37,378 bases of DNA, from IMG/VR virus record IMGVR_UViG_3300010234_000030, positions 1 through 37,378 of that record, one strand, 5' to 3'. Under the pieces are notes generated by a model. The model did no database searches. It was given only the letters and a program-made list of their open reading frames with translations, and had not been told where the DNA came from. Made by a program: the position numbers and the translations under genes. Below, piece after piece: positions 36,973-37,378 of this stretch (position 1 is its first letter; each line of letters opens with the position of its first letter). The stretch comes from a virus.

Positions 36973-37378
36973 ATGGAAACTAATATTAAAAAACAAGATT
37001 TACGAGTAGGAAACTTAATAAGATGCTCCAGATATTTAGACCACCAAGAAGCGTTAGATGATTTAGGCGATGATTATACAGAAAATGAAGAATGGTTAAT
37101 AGATACCGTAGTTGGTGTTTGCCATCCTCACGAAGATTTTATGTATTGGTCTGGACTTGATGAAGAAGAATTAATGAATAGAGTTGATGGAATACCTTTA
37201 AGTGAGAAATGGCTAAAAGAATTAGGTTTTGAAGAAACTTCTGAAAACTCAAAAATGTATTTTATGGATGACTTTACTAATTTCAGAAACATAATTAGAA
37301 TTAAAAAGCATCCAACATTAGAAGGATTTATGTTTGTTGCTAGAGACTTTATTTTATGCACTTTGGTTTATGTACACC
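36973..37378 (+). CDS. 5' part of junction-spanning hypothetical protein (162 aa in total, ends at 138)
   Basis: From ATG 36973 (METNIKKQDLRVGNLIRCSRYLD...) the frame is open to the window end with no stop. It continues in frame at base 56 on the circular map. It is absent from the ORF track because no stop lies within the window. Confidence 0.7.
   Translation, partial: METNIKKQDLRVGNLIRCSRYLDHQEALDDLGDDYTENEEWLIDTVVGVCHPHEDFMYWSGLDEEELMNRVDGIPLSEKWLKELGFEETSENSKMYFMDDFTNFRNIIRIKKHPTLEGFMFVARDFILCTLVYVH
37324..37378. repeat. Terminal direct overlap, copy 2 (identical to 1-55)
   Basis: Exact 55-nt identity with the window start. Confidence 0.95.

Noticed and set aside
37128-37361. 77-aa - strand ORF near the window end
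   Set aside because: It lies antisense to the junction-spanning + ORF, which fits the + arm and continues in frame across the circular junction. The - ORF product is Ser/Phe-rich and isolated from any - strand operon.
1-37378. Search for tRNA genes, integrase/excisionase, a CI/Cro-type switch, reverse transcriptase (DGR) and toxin-antitoxin pairs
   Set aside because: By eye I found no cloverleaf-capable intergenic segment and no recombinase, repressor or RT motifs. Absence is provisional, because many small ORFs remain unassigned and no HMM search could be run.

Overview
The window is a complete, circularly closed genome of a tailed dsDNA phage. Bases 1-55 are identical to 37324-37378, so the unique length is about 37,323 bp. 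The DNA is AT-rich and coding is dense. Several signals point to a Bacteroidota/Flavobacteriia host: TTTG-N20-TAnnTTTG promoter boxes, no Shine-Dalgarno sequences, lipoproteins with acidic residues after the Cys, and a possible T9SS-type C-terminal domain. This host assignment is an inference.

Two divergent transcription arms start in the 33.1-33.4 kb intergenic region.

- Rightward (+) arm, 33408 across the junction to 3000: small early genes plus a recombination/DNA-binding set. These are a Rad52/Sak-like annealing protein, an HNH endonuclease, a RusA-like resolvase, a DnaA-domain-IV-like protein and a NinB/Orf-like protein.
- Leftward (-) arm, 33096 to 3006, in this order:
  - envelope and methylase-like genes
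  - replication genes
  - about 25 small ORFs, many under 60 aa and absent from the ORF track
  - TerS and TerL
  - a TAC-like gene
  - connector, tail and receptor-binding genes
  - a tape-measure-like gene
  - protease-scaffold, major capsid and portal
  - a lysis cassette

Main hunt results:

1. A hidden -1 frame ORF is joined to the TAC-like gene at a U10 tract. A second frame break lies at an A AAA AAG heptamer.
2. A recurrent intergenic hairpin has a conserved CGTTTTAATG loop and compensatory stem changes. A separate 12-mer (TATACTATGTTA) occurs three times exactly.
3. The morphogenesis gene order is scrambled, and a tube-like domain is duplicated, with one copy fused to a lectin-like domain.
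4. The phage encodes an unusual set of envelope-targeted proteins: an OM beta-barrel, lipoproteins, a T9SS-like cargo and a post-terminator gene.
5. There are structure-rich non-coding regions at 139-316 and 31444-31753.

I found no tRNA, CRISPR array, integrase or repressor. All functional calls rest on motif recognition by eye and need HMM or structure searches.
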